A DNA stretch of 62,889 bases, the filler included, from Folioceros fuciformis (lineage: Eukaryota): NCBI GenBank assembly GCA_049999805.1. It is 11 parts of 11 records of this genome, joined end to end, with 100 filler letters (N's around TTAATTAATTAA, not from the genome) between each part and the next. Parts side by side here need not be neighbours in the genome. Positions count along the whole stretch, not along the records: positions 25,818 to 29,868 come from JBNGIO010005194.1; positions 29,969 to 33,252 come from JBNGIO010005195.1; positions 33,353 to 42,796 come from JBNGIO010005196.1; 8 more parts are not named here. The stretch is one strand, 5' to 3'. A program made the position numbers and the translations under genes. This document shows, one piece after another, positions 26,580 to 38,500 of the stretch (position 1 is the stretch's first letter; each line of letters begins with the position of its first letter). The notes below the pieces were generated by a model, which worked only from the letters and a program-made list of their open reading frames with translations, was not told the origin of the DNA and searched no databases.

Positions 26580-28401
26580 ATGCTTACAACGGCACAGTTG
26601 AACAGCCTAATTACTAGTTTCCAAAACTTGAACCTTCTTCCCCACACTCCTCCTGCCCTCATGGCGACAACAAGTTCACCTATATTTACTTCAGAACTTA
26701 GAGAGAAGGACAAGTTCAAAGGAGATGGCTACCCCACCTGGCGCGTAAGGATGAAGACCACTTTGCTAGCACGCGGAGTGTGGGGCACGGTGGACGGATC
26801 ATGTAAGAAGCCGGATCCAGCAGCCACACCCGCACCTACTCCTGCAGAAATTGCCAAGTGGGACCAGTACAATGCCATAGCGGTTGCAGTTCTTATCAGT
26901 GGACTCGATGCAGATCTTGTCCCAGACGTTGAGTTCTACAACTCGGCCAATGAGATCTGGGGCCACTTGGAGAAGACATACAAGGTCCAAAACTTAATGA
27001 CACTCTGTGCAGTTAGACAAGAGTTTTTCGCCTTGAAGATGAAGGAAGGGGACAAGGTGGCAGCGCACACCAGCAGGTTCCGACACCTTAGAGCCCAGCT
27101 CACCTCGCTGACTGGAGAGAAGATGTCGAAGGTAGATGCTGTGGCGCAATTCCTCACAACCCTTCCTCCCTCCTACCAAACCTTTGTCACTAGTCAGAAC
27201 GCCCCCCTGCAAGCTGCTTCTACTGCCTCTGGTGCAACAACGACCATCACCTTGGAAGAAGTGATCGGTGCGTTGTTCCAGGAGGAGCAAAGTCGCGCCT
27301 TCTCATCTGACGTTGTTAAGAACAAGATGGACAAGGCGTTAGCAGCCAACTTCCGCAGAGGCCAACCACCTAAGGACAGAGGAGCACCTCCCCACCAGGT
27401 CAGCGTGGAGAGACGTCCTCTACTAGACGCCCAGGTAACTGCAATTGGTGCGGCATACCTGGACATTGGGCACGCGAGTGCCGTAAGAAAAAGGCGGGTG
27501 AGCCCCAGAAGCTACCCACACCGGCTGCAAGTGTCGCAGTCAAGGACGCATCGAAGGCACAGGTGAAGATACTCACGGTCTGCTTGTCGAGCTCCGTCAA
27601 TGACGACGGCTGTTGGTACCTCGACTCTAGAGCTACCTCACACATCTGCAAGGACAGAGGTCTGTTCACCACCTTGACACTTGCCTCCGGGAGTGACAAG
27701 GTCATGTTAGGCGACGAGCAGAGCAGAACTAGCTTGTGGATACAAGGCAAAGGTACCTGTATCTTCAAACTCAATGATGGCTCATATCTTTTGCTGGAAG
27801 ACGTCCTCTTCGTGCCCACCATGGCAAAGAACTTGATGTCCATGAGCCAGCTCATGCGCCTTCAGCAATTCAACTTGCGAGCAGATCATGAGCACTGCTG
27901 CTTCTACAGGCGTAGCTCCCCAGACACCTGTGTGTTCAAGGGACTACCTATCCAGGATCTGTACAGGCTCAACATCACCTGTCTGCCAGCAGCTGCACAA
28001 CACTCAGCTCGCTCTACTGGAGCCCCTCAGGCTTTTCTGGCTGAGAGGGGGCGGACTCAACACTTCGTCCTCCAGCCAGATACCCCGCCGCATACCACGT
28101 ACCAGCGGCTACAGGCGGATCAAGCTCAAAGCTCCACCTAATCACCTGGCAGCCCGCTAGTCCCCTCGTCCCCGGATCAATTATCCTAAATAGGGTATTA
28201 AGTTTAAGAGGGGGTGTTAGAGATAATAAGTAAACGTTAATATTATTTAGTGTCCTAATTATCTAGGCCATAGGGTTTAGCGAAGAGTCACCAGCGAAGA
28301 GTCACTTTTCCTAGTATTTAAACACCCATGCCTTATGGCCTTGTTAACCTAATTCTTTTGTTCTTAATTACAAGCTTCAGCTCTCGCTACACTTTCTAAC
28401 A
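26580..28401 (+). mobile_element. Short Copia-derived element: gag + protease, PPT, 187-bp 3' LTR (28215-28401)
   Basis: Gag LREKDKFKGDGYPTWRVRM, frameshifted knuckle CNWCGIPGHWAREC, protease WYLDSRATSH. PPT TTAAGAGGGGG then TGTTAGA...TCTAACA. No integrase, RT or RNaseH. Confidence 0.85.
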
Positions 28402-30279
28402 GTCGGGGTGATTCAGTTGCAAAGGGAAGGTTGGCTCAAGAAAGTGGCAATAGGGTGACACAGGAGGTGGGGAACGGGTCGGAGCTCTCTCGTCTCAGGA
28501 GGAATCCTTGGCACAGACCCTGGCCGCGAATTCACACCACCTTGGTCTCCTGGAAGTGGGCTTCGTACTCCCACCCTTGCAGCCTGGTGGGGAGGTTGAT
28601 GAAGAGTCGGTGGTGTGGTCTGTCTGGGATCCTAGCACTAAGGTTGGGAGGCGCAGCGTGGCGAGTGTTTCGGGTGTGTGGCAAAAACCCCTTTCCCCCG
28701 GGACATCGGACAGATTCAACATGCGACTTCAAGACTGTAGGATTTCTTCGGTGACGGATGTTTCGAGGTGTGGAGAGGTGATGCATAAATCGTCCACTGC
28801 GCTGAAGGGGAGGGATGAGAAGCCTGTGGAGAGCGAGGTCGTTGTGGTGGGGATCCATCGGGCAGCGGATCCCAAGGCCAGGAGGCGGGTGTGAATCCTT
28901 TACAGACGAATAAGCAGGATGGTTTTTCCACTCCCCTAGACGAAGATCGCTCTCGGGAGGCGGCGGGCTCGCTGCCCGACAACACACATCATGCGAACAC
29001 TCTGGCAAGTCCTGAGTCAGACACTGCTGCTAGGGAGGATGACGAGAGGGGGGTGGAGTGCGAGTCAGAATGTGGCTGGGTCAGTCAGGAGGAGCTGGGT
29101 GTGCAGACGGTCCCTATTGTTGGAGTCCACCAGGCAGGGCGAACACAGGATGGGAAGCTGAATTTGGTAGCTTCCACGCCTACCATTGGTAAGAAGGAGC
29201 AATCTCCTTCCGGGCTTGGGGCAGCTAAAGTGGATCGTCTGGAGGAAGACTATGCCAATAAGCAAGTATCGGGTTCGGAGGTGGGGAGCGGCCATCTTGA
29301 AGCCATTCGGGTTGCTGGGTCGCCATCGATGCTCACAGTTTCAGTGACTGAGGGAATTTTAGATACGCTCTCGAGGTCTAATACAGGATCCACCCTGGTT
29401 TTTGATGAGCAGACGACATCGACTCCTCAAATGCTTGGTGATAGGATGGCTCCTGCAAGCTTGATCTAGGGGATTGGCCCTGTATTTTCTGCTCAAGTAG
29501 TTGGGGAGGAAGTGGGAAAGGAATCCCTCAAGGAGCCTCATGGGCCTCCGTTGCCTAATTCTACGTGGGAGATCCCGGCATTCCACAACTTGCCGGTTCC
29601 GGGTCCTCAGTCTCTCGGGCTCGGGGGTGACCCCGGCCTTGTTGGAACCACAGGGCCAAGTGCCGGAATGGCTTCTAGGCGTGATGCTTGGAAAGTGGTA
29701 TCAACGTCTGTGTTCACTACAGGCGCACGGAGGAGCATGGAGATGGGTGTGGGGAAGAGGACTCGTGTCTCAGAAGATCTGTTATTAGGTAATCAGCGGC
29801 AAGACCAGATAGCTATGGCCAAGGCAAGGAAGGCATTGAACAAGGTTGTTCAACGCCTGGCCTTGGATNNNNNNNNNNNNNNNNNNNNNNNNNNNNNNNN
29901 NNNNNNNNNNNNTTAATTAATTAANNNNNNNNNNNNNNNNNNNNNNNNNNNNNNNNNNNNNNNNNNNNTACAAGAATGTAGCCAGAGCGTGTGTCTCTCT
30001 CTGCCATGTTATTCACGCGATGCTAGCATTGCATGCCAGCCATTGCCACTACCACGCGATTCGCTCCATGTTGCAGTAAGGGAGAGTGTGCTCTCCACTT
30101 TTTTTTTCTTCTAAAAAAAAGAAAAAAGAAAAAAAGAGAAAAGAAAAAAGGAAAGCAACGATTGCGAGGAGGAAGGGGATGGATCCCCGTCTATCTGTTG
30201 TGGAAAGAGACAAGACTCGAGCCCTAGACCTCCTCTGAAATGCGCGACTTAGGACCCACAAGACCACACTCGGTTCCTG

Positions 30280-30520
30280 TGAAATATGTGATTCTTTTAG
30301 CTTAAGCTAATATGTAGGAAGCTTCTTGTGCAGCTTCCTGTGGGCTTCTTGTGAAGCATCCTAGGGAGCTCTTCTAGAGGGTATAAATAACCCCTTGAGC
30401 TCCCTTGTATTGTGAGACTCAATGTGAGAGTGTGACCTCTCTTTCTCCTCTCCTCCTTGCCTTCTCCTCTCCTCTCCTTCACCATGCTCCTCTAGCGATC
30501 CTTTCAAGTGGTATCAGAGC
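30280..30520 (+). repeat. 5' LTR (30280-30506) plus PBS-Met (30509-30520)
   Basis: TGAAA...TTTCA termini, TATAAATA inside, followed by AG-TGGTATCAGAGC. Confidence 0.85.
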
Positions 30521-30599
30521 TAAGTTGTGGAGCAAGATGGTTGTGTCTATTGTAGGTACTATGAACGGAGGCACAAGGGAAGAAGATCAACATCTAGGA

Positions 30600-30965
30600 T
30601 GAGCTAGGGCGCCACCGCCGCCGGTAGCTAGGGCACAGCCGCCGAGCTAGGGCACCAAGGTGTGTCTAGGGCACCGCCGCCGCCACCGGCTAGGGCGCCG
30701 GTTAGGGCGCAGCCGCTGGCTAGAGTTAAGGCACCAGCATGGCGCCACTCAGGCGCCAACGAGGCGCCAGCGAGGAGCCACCCGGGGGCCAACGAGGTGC
30801 CTGCAAGACGCCACCCGGGCGCCAACGAGGCACCAGCGAGGCGCCATTGGGGCGCCAGCGAGACGCCACCTGGGCCCCATCTGGGCGCCCGTGGGGCGAC
30901 ACCCGGACGGCAACAAGGCGCAAGCCGGGCGACACCTAGACGGCAGCCGTTCGCCAAGGGGACGC
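30600..30965 (+). repeat. GC-rich degenerate tandem repeats in the leader of an LTR element
   Basis: Repeated CTAGGGC(A/G)CCGCCG and GGCGCCAACGAGGCGCCAGCGA-like units. Confidence 0.6.
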
Positions 30966-31541
30966 CTAGATGGCACAAGAACGATCTCCAAACCAATAGT
31001 AGTAGCCAGCGTCATCCAACTGCCCTGTGCTAATCATGCTTTTGGTCAACTTCGGAACATGCCTAACATCCTTGAGTACGAATGAAGATCCATTGTCGAA
31101 CTTCAGCTGCACATCACCAACGCCTACAATCTCGCATGGGTAGTTATTTCCAAGCCGAACACATCCTTTCCTAGTAGCATCATACGTGCTAAAGCACTCT
31201 TTATGCGGAGTAACATGGAAAGATGCTCCAGAGTCAATTATCCAATTAGAGAATAGGTGACTCTCCACGGCTGTCAGTTGTGCAGAATCGAAAGAAGAAG
31301 AGGTAAGAACATCTCCATCGTCAACAGAATTCACCTCGTCAGGCTTGCTACTCGAGCTTGCCTTGTTGTCGCTCTGCTTCTTCTCCTTTTCTTTGTCCTT
31401 CTTGAACTTCTCGCAGTCCTTCCTGATGTGACCCTTCTTGTGACAATGGTAGCACTCAACATTGTTACGACTACAAGACTTACTATGGGAATGACTTCGC
31501 TCCTTGTACTTCCCCTTGGAAGTGGACCTAAGAGAAATCTT
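30966..31541 (-). pseudogene. Copia gag knuckle + protease fragment
   Basis: CYHCHKKGHIRKDC, WIIDSGASFHVTP, LKDVRHVPKL. Confidence 0.88.
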
Positions 31542-33252
31542 TGAAAGGAGAGAGAAAAAGCATTTCATTAGATGCACGGGCACCTTATGTACACCCGGCA
31601 GTTAGGGTTTCAAGTCTTTGGATATATTGTTTGTAGTTATTTACGTATGGTTTTATTTACAGGTCTATTATATGTATGCTGCTGCTAGACTAGACTATTT
31701 CTATCTGAATCTTTCTACTCCCACTTAGGCTAGTTGCAGCATACATGTGTTGTCTTCAAGCTTCATGTTGAATGATCAGCTTTCTGATTGTTAACTTCAA
31801 CTGCTTCAATAACTAATGCCTTTGTATGTTTCCAGTGTACTTCTTTGGCCAGTGACTTCGTCAACAGATCTGCCGTGTTGTCGCTTGTATTGATGTACTT
31901 CAAATCAAAAATTTTGTCTTCTATTGCCTTACGAATGAAGTGCTATTTAACGTCTATATGTCTTGTGCGTGAATGTGCCACAGGATTCTTAGCAATGGCT
32001 ATCGCTGACTGGTTGTCGCACCAAATGCATGAGGGCCCTTTCTGCTCATATCCAAGTGTGCCCAGCAAAGATCTCATGTGCATTATCTCTTGAGCTGCAG
32101 AGGTGACGGCAGAATATTCGGCCTCTGTCGCGACAAGGCCACGACCGATTGCTTCTTAGATGACCAATTCACCAAGTTTCCACTCAACTTAATGCAAAAC
32201 GCCGAGATTGATCTTCTTGTGTCCTTGTCTGACGCCCAATCTGAATCGCATAACATTTGAGCTCGACTTGATTGCCTGATTGTTTTGAGTAGTGCAGCCC
32301 ATGACTTGTAGTGCCCTTGAGGTATCGCAAGATCCTCTTAGCCGCTGACCAATGAGGCTGTCCAGGATTAGAGAGAAATTGGGATACAACGGAGGTGGCA
32401 AAAGCTATATCTGGTCTGGTCCATGAACTCAACCACAATAAGCATCCTACACACATCCTATAAGGGACCTTAGCCATCTCATCTATTTCTACTTGGCTAC
32501 TAGGACACTGATCTTGAGTGAGGACAACTCCCACTGCCGCCGGAGTTGTTGCTGGCTTGGCATCTCTCATGTTAAACTTGTCTAAAAGTCTCTCCACATA
32601 GTGCATTTGATGGAGGATAATATCACCAGCTTGTTTGTTGATTAGGACCTGCACTCCTAAGAAAAACTTGCACTGTCCAAGGTCCGTCATCTTGAATTCT
32701 GATGACAGAATGCCCTTGACCTCTTCGACAATTAGCATAGAGGATCCTATGATAAGGGTATCGTCCACGTAAACGGCCAAGTAGGCTACCTCGCTGCCCT
32801 TTGTGTAGACATATACACTTCCATCTGCTGTTGATTGATTGAAGCCATGCCTCAAGAGAAAGGTGTCCAGGCGCCGATTCCATCCCCTTGGTGCTTGCTT
32901 CAGACCTTATTGTGTTTTCTTCAGTCTGCATACTCGTTTCGGATACTTTTTGCTGATAAGTCCTTCTGGTTGGTGCATGTAAATGGTCTCCTCCAGCACT
33001 CCGTTCAGGAATGCCGTCTGGACGTCCATCTGATGGACATGAAGCCCCTTTAAGGCTGCAATGGCCAGTAATGTTCTCACAGAAGAGGATCGCACCACTG
33101 GTGAGAATGTCTCATTGTAGTCTATTCCCTCACACTGAGAGAAACCTCGAACCACGAGTCTGGCCTTATACCGGGATGTAGTCCCGTCGGGATTCAATTT
33201 CCGCTTGAAGGTCCAACGATTCGAAATTGGCACCCTTCCTGGTGGCAAATCC
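31542..33252 (-). mobile_element. 3' part of a Copia element (RT-RNaseH, PPT, LTR 31542-31717)
   Basis: MDVQTAFLNG and AVYVDD. Minus-strand PPT CTAAGTGGGAG, LTR ending CCTTTCA. Confidence 0.88.
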
Positions 33253-33352
33253 NNNNNNNNNNNNNNNNNNNNNNNNNNNNNNNNNNNNNNNNNNNNTTAA
33301 TTAATTAANNNNNNNNNNNNNNNNNNNNNNNNNNNNNNNNNNNNNNNNNNNN

Positions 33353-33891
33353 CATCCATAGCATGTTCCCACTTTGTGTCTCCAATAGCTTCTTCAAAGC
33401 TTCTTGGTTCCACATCCTGTACAACCTTTGCCATATAGGCATGGTGCCTAGCTACATAGCTATCATAGGTCAACCGCTGTATTGGAACCTTCTGCCTTCC
33501 AGATCTCCGTGGGATTGAACCACTTCCAGGGGCTAATTGAACCTCTTTTGCACCAGGTGTTTCGATTTTTGGTACACCGAATTCCTCATCCAAGCTCTGC
33601 TCAGAGTCGCTTGAATCATCCGCACCTGCACTTAGGTCTGGTATCTTTGAATCCTGGACTTTTTCCTTCCCTTTGCGAGACACAGCTGTGGAGCTCGTAG
33701 GACTCACACTACCTCGCAACCTGCCACTCCATGGATTCTGAACATTTGTCGAGTTTGATGACGCTTGCGGTCCACTCAACACTTGTGATTGTTGACCTGC
33801 ATTGCTTGTTACCTCAGTTTCAAGCACATCAGCTACACTACTTCCTTGTACTTCAAAGTACCAGCTACCCATTTCATCAAAGACTACGTCT
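33353..33891 (-). pseudogene. Copia integrase C-terminus/linker fragment, interrupted at the (SR)DVVFDE motif
   Basis: DVVFDEMGSW...EPRSFEEAIGDTKWEHAMD. Homology stops at 33891, where TGTCGTGAAA begins. Confidence 0.85.
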
Positions 33892-35566
33892 TGTCGTGAA
33901 ATTGTGGCAAAAATGGACTTATAGTAGAGCATCATGGTGAATGTCATAGTTTAGTGGAATTCAGTTGATTAGATAATAGGTGATTAAACTAACTCAACCT
34001 AAATTAGGTAAATGGCTAAAATACTAGCCATGGCTACTTGCCCACTAGAAGCACGTGGGCTCATACAGCCCATGGAAAACTGCTTGGAGGGGCACCACAC
34101 ATAAAAACAAAACACAGCGAGGAAAAAGGTAGTTGTCGAAGTCGCTCATGAGAGGAACCACCGGACGACCTAAACCTTTTTTTTGCTGTTCACTAGCCGT
34201 CTATGAAAGGAAGAGCTATGCAGATTGAGGGTGTAAGGGAGATGGTGGCATCCCGCTAGTGACTTACCAACTCTGGGCAGCCCGACGAGGGCAGTCCCTT
34301 TTTGTAGCTTTACAACACGGAGTGAGCTATGGCGCATGTGAGCAGCCTAACATCTTACTTCGACAACTACCTTTGTCAGGCAATGAGGGCACGGGCGAGG
34401 AGCTCTTAGAGCGCAGCCAAGCAGCTACAGCAAGGCAGCATTTGTGGAGCACCATCCAGACCCGTTTGTGTGAAGTCTGTCATTTTCCCTTTGCATTGCT
34501 AGGGATTTAGGGTTTGTAGGGACTCTAGGGGCGCGGCCAGACATGTGCATTCAGGCAGCAGCCTTGGAGAATCCCTCTCTTCCTTTGTAGCAGCCGTGAG
34601 TCTGGAATGTGCATGCTCAGTGTTGTAGCAACTACCTTTCTACTCGCAGCAGCTACATGTTGATCCAAGGCTCTATAGACAGGGCTTAGGAGAGCTGGCA
34701 GCTAAGGCACCGCCAAGAGACCACATCGAGGCAGCCCCAGCAAGTCGCTCAGCATTTGACGCACTTAAGCCTCTGGTTTGGGGTTTGAGGGTGTGGAAGT
34801 CAAACTTCAGGAGGACATAACGGCCGCAATTCCGCTTGTCTGCCTTAGATCTACATACCAACAGATTTGTCGTGAAGAGGCGAACATTTTGGAAGAGGGA
34901 CATGGCTGATCATGGATGCTTTGGGGAGGGGTAGATTTCTTGTTCCCTCAGTACTCCAAGAAAGTTGTGTTTCTTTGCTTTCTGATCACAGTTACACCTG
35001 CCCAGCAAGCCTAGGGAATTGAGATTTTCCAGGGGTAGGATTTTCCCAAACTAGGATTATCTGGATAGGGAGTAGCTGAGCTTTGCTCACACTCATTCAG
35101 ACTGTGGGGGGCAGCTGTAAGCTACGACCAGACGCGGCATGAAGGGAGGCCACCATCAGATTATTTGGGAGGAGCTAACCCTCATTTCTTGCATGCGTGG
35201 TTTGTTGGAACCACATGTTTAGGGGCTCGTTTTGCCTTTGAGAACAGGGGTTTGATTTGGAGGCCAGCAACAGCCAGTAGAAGCCTGAAAGTACTGTGGG
35301 TACAGCTGAAGCAGTGTGTGGTGTCCCAGCGAGAGTCACTTCCCTAGGCCCGGTGTTGTCAATTGCAGCACAGCACCTCACTGTTTTTGCCAAGCACCAG
35401 CTGTAGGTGTAACAGGGGTGCATGGGGTATGCAACCAGATCAGCAAGAGGCCAGCCTACGTTACCGATTGAGGAGTCGAGACATTCCTATCAGGGTATCA
35501 CCGGAGCGTGCACAACGGAGGAGAAGATGGGCAGCTCGACGACGCCAACTTGCAAGTTGAGAAGAC

Positions 35567-38500
35567 TTGAGAGAGGACTTGGAACCAGCAACATCCGTTG
35601 GGCAACCCAGCTGGTCACCCCTCTTAGACTTGGGCAAGATTGTTGTGCTAACTAGCTCAAATTTAGGGGGTCAGCTAGTTTGTGACGAGGAACCTGAACA
35701 ACAAGGGTCTCTCTATTCACAGCAATCATTTGTGAGGTCACAGCAGACACATCCAGGGTTTGCTGGGTCTGTCCTTGGTGTAGGGCAAGGCCTGGGTGAC
35801 TTGTCTGAAAGGTCAGACACCATGGAGGGTGGTTCATCAGGGTTTAGGCCTGAGAAATTCTCAGGCAGACCAAGCACCCAATCCTTAAGGGACTTCCGCT
35901 TGTTCATCAATGCAGTCATCAGCAGGGTGAAGTTCAAACATGGTGCTGCCTACAACCACCAGTACATGTTTGAACAGTTGTCCAGCTACTTAGGAGATGA
36001 GGCATTGGATTTGTACGAGGCTCACCAGGCTGAGCTATCGGGCACAATTGCCACTCCTAACCCAGCCCATCATTCGGCTCTACAGTTGGCATATAATGCC
36101 AAACTGGCAGCAGCCATTAATGACCATCAGGCTGAGATTGTAGCCAAGACCATCTCCGCCACCACACCACCTCCAACGGTGGTGAATTTGACACTAGCAG
36201 AGCGGGCTACTGCCACAACTGGTGTGCAAGAGTTTCTACACACTTGCAAGTACCTGAACCCAGTGGAGGAGTTCCTAGCTATTTTGGAGAGGGCATTCCC
36301 ACTGAAGACCCCAGAGAAAATTGCAGAACTTGCTGCCTTTGCTCGCAAAAAGGGGGAGACAGTCCAGATGTGCTTCAGGAGGCTACAGAAATTGAGGGAA
36401 GGTACAGGGATGTTAACAAATCAGGAAGCAGCGCAAAGGTTTTTGACTGCACTTGAAGGAGACCCGTTGTTTCATTTCCAGCTGGTTACATCCTTGGTGG
36501 ACAAATATGGGGACAAGTATACTTTGGAGCAAGTGCATGAAGAAGCTGAGAAGAAGGAGGTAGCCTTTTCGGCCTATGCCTCTCGGCATTCCAAGGCCTT
36601 CACGCACTACCAGTCCATGTTCTCTAGCAAGGGGGCAGCTAACACAGGTGCAGGAGCCAAGGCTGGTCAGATTAAGCCAATTAAGGTAGCTTCAGCAGCA
36701 GCTCCAGCGGCAGCAGTGGTAGCCATGTGTAACCATTGTGGCAGCCCTGAGCACATGTCCCCTGCATGCAAGTGTCCTCCAGAGGGACTCTACTGCACCC
36801 ATTGCCAAAAGAATGGACACGTGGTTACTGTGTGCTTCCAAAAGCACCCCGAACGAAGATACCAGAAGATTGGTACCGTAGGGTCTGCAGGAGCCACAAT
36901 TGCTAGTGTGGAAGCAGGAGGAACGAGGAGCGTTGTTGGGTTGTCCCGCAGTAAGCAGCAGCGTGACAAGGCCAAGGCTAAGGCAGCCGCCACTGCTGAC
37001 AAGGTCAGCTCCCTTGAGGCTTCCATGGCTGCCATGACAGCTCAACTTGGAGTCTTGACAGCCAACCTGTCCAGCATCACCGGCTCTTCCAAACCAGCCA
37101 ATGTGGTGAAGTTGGTACCAGGACCAGAGGATGAGGATTATGGCCCAGCACACCAAGTATGTATGGTTGACAGAATTGGTGAGAGCAGCATGGAGGTGGA
37201 GTTGCCAGCCACATGGGTGGGGCAGAATTTACAGGTGGTCATGGGAACAACAGCACCTGCCTTAGGGCCCATCACCAGGAATCGAGGGCCTAGGGCTACC
37301 ATGCCAAAGTCCTTTGCCCCGCTGCCACCGGGGTCTGCAATTCCGGTACGAGGCCAGGAGCACTCAACGCTGCGTGTGGAACAGCTGCCCACGAGTAGAA
37401 CACCTGGCCATAGCATGCCAACACCAGAGCATGTGTATCTCTTACCCCAAACCACCACAGTCACACAACTGGCTGCCAAGCTAACTCAGGTGCCAGTTTT
37501 CACACTGCAGGACATGGGCATCACGACCAGCAGGCTGAAGGAAGTTCTTCAAACTGCTGAAGCCACGGCTGCATCTGCTGACCCTAGCCTGGGTACAACG
37601 TACACTTCACAATGGGTGCTGCCAATAGCGATGTCACACTCTACAGGTGGGCAGACAGCACCAAGTCACTGCAATGGCTCTTACACTGTACAGCTAGCTG
37701 AGGGAGTTGACAGCCAACCGCGAGTGCAGTCCACCAATCGACTGCAAGCTCGTGTCAGCAATGCAGTTGTTGACAATCGTTGTGGGCACGTCACAATCAA
37801 TGGGTATGCACCCAGAGTGGTGTTGCTAGACACGGGAGCCCAACCAGTACTCGTTGGGAAGATTCTAGCTGCAAGGTTGCATCTTCAGGGTGATGCATTG
37901 CATACCTCGCCTTGGAACATCAGGACGGCATCCGGGGCTATTGAACCAGTCTGTGGTGAGACAGTCCAACCCCTGGACATCACCTTGAACTCGGGCACGC
38001 CAGATGCCATGACATTGTCCTTGCCCTGCCTGGTAACCACAGCCACCAACTATGATTTGCTGTTGGGGCAAGAGTTCCTCTTTCCACCAGGAGTTGGTGT
38101 GGATAACTGGACTGAGCAAGCCTTCTATAGGCCTGACTGGAAGCAAGGAGGTTGTCGCATTGCACATCTGCCATTAGATTTGCATGGCCAGGTGGAGGTT
38201 GATGTAGCCACTTTGGTGAAAAGCCCGGCTGTAGTTGGTATCAAAAGTAGCAATGTGGTGGAGCTTGTCCAAGACACATACCAAGTGGACAAGCATCTAG
38301 AGACCAATGTTGCAGAGGCCCAAGTGAGGTGTACTAGTTTGCAGCAAGCTCTAGTTCAGCCTGACTGTCCAAAGCAGGCAGAGGCATTGCTGACCAAGGC
38401 ACAAGAGCAGGTCAGCAAGGTGCAACAATTGCTAGAGGCCGGGACCCTATCATCTTGTCCCACATCTTATGTGGACAATACTGTCATCATATGGGCACCG

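Noticed and set aside
28402-29868. Chain of plus-strand low-complexity ORFs, possibly LINE ORF1
   Set aside because: No diagnostic motif; cannot support a call.
30628-31085. Repetitive ORFs (RRHPGANE units) on both strands
   Set aside because: Translations of GC-rich tandem DNA repeats in an LTR-element leader.
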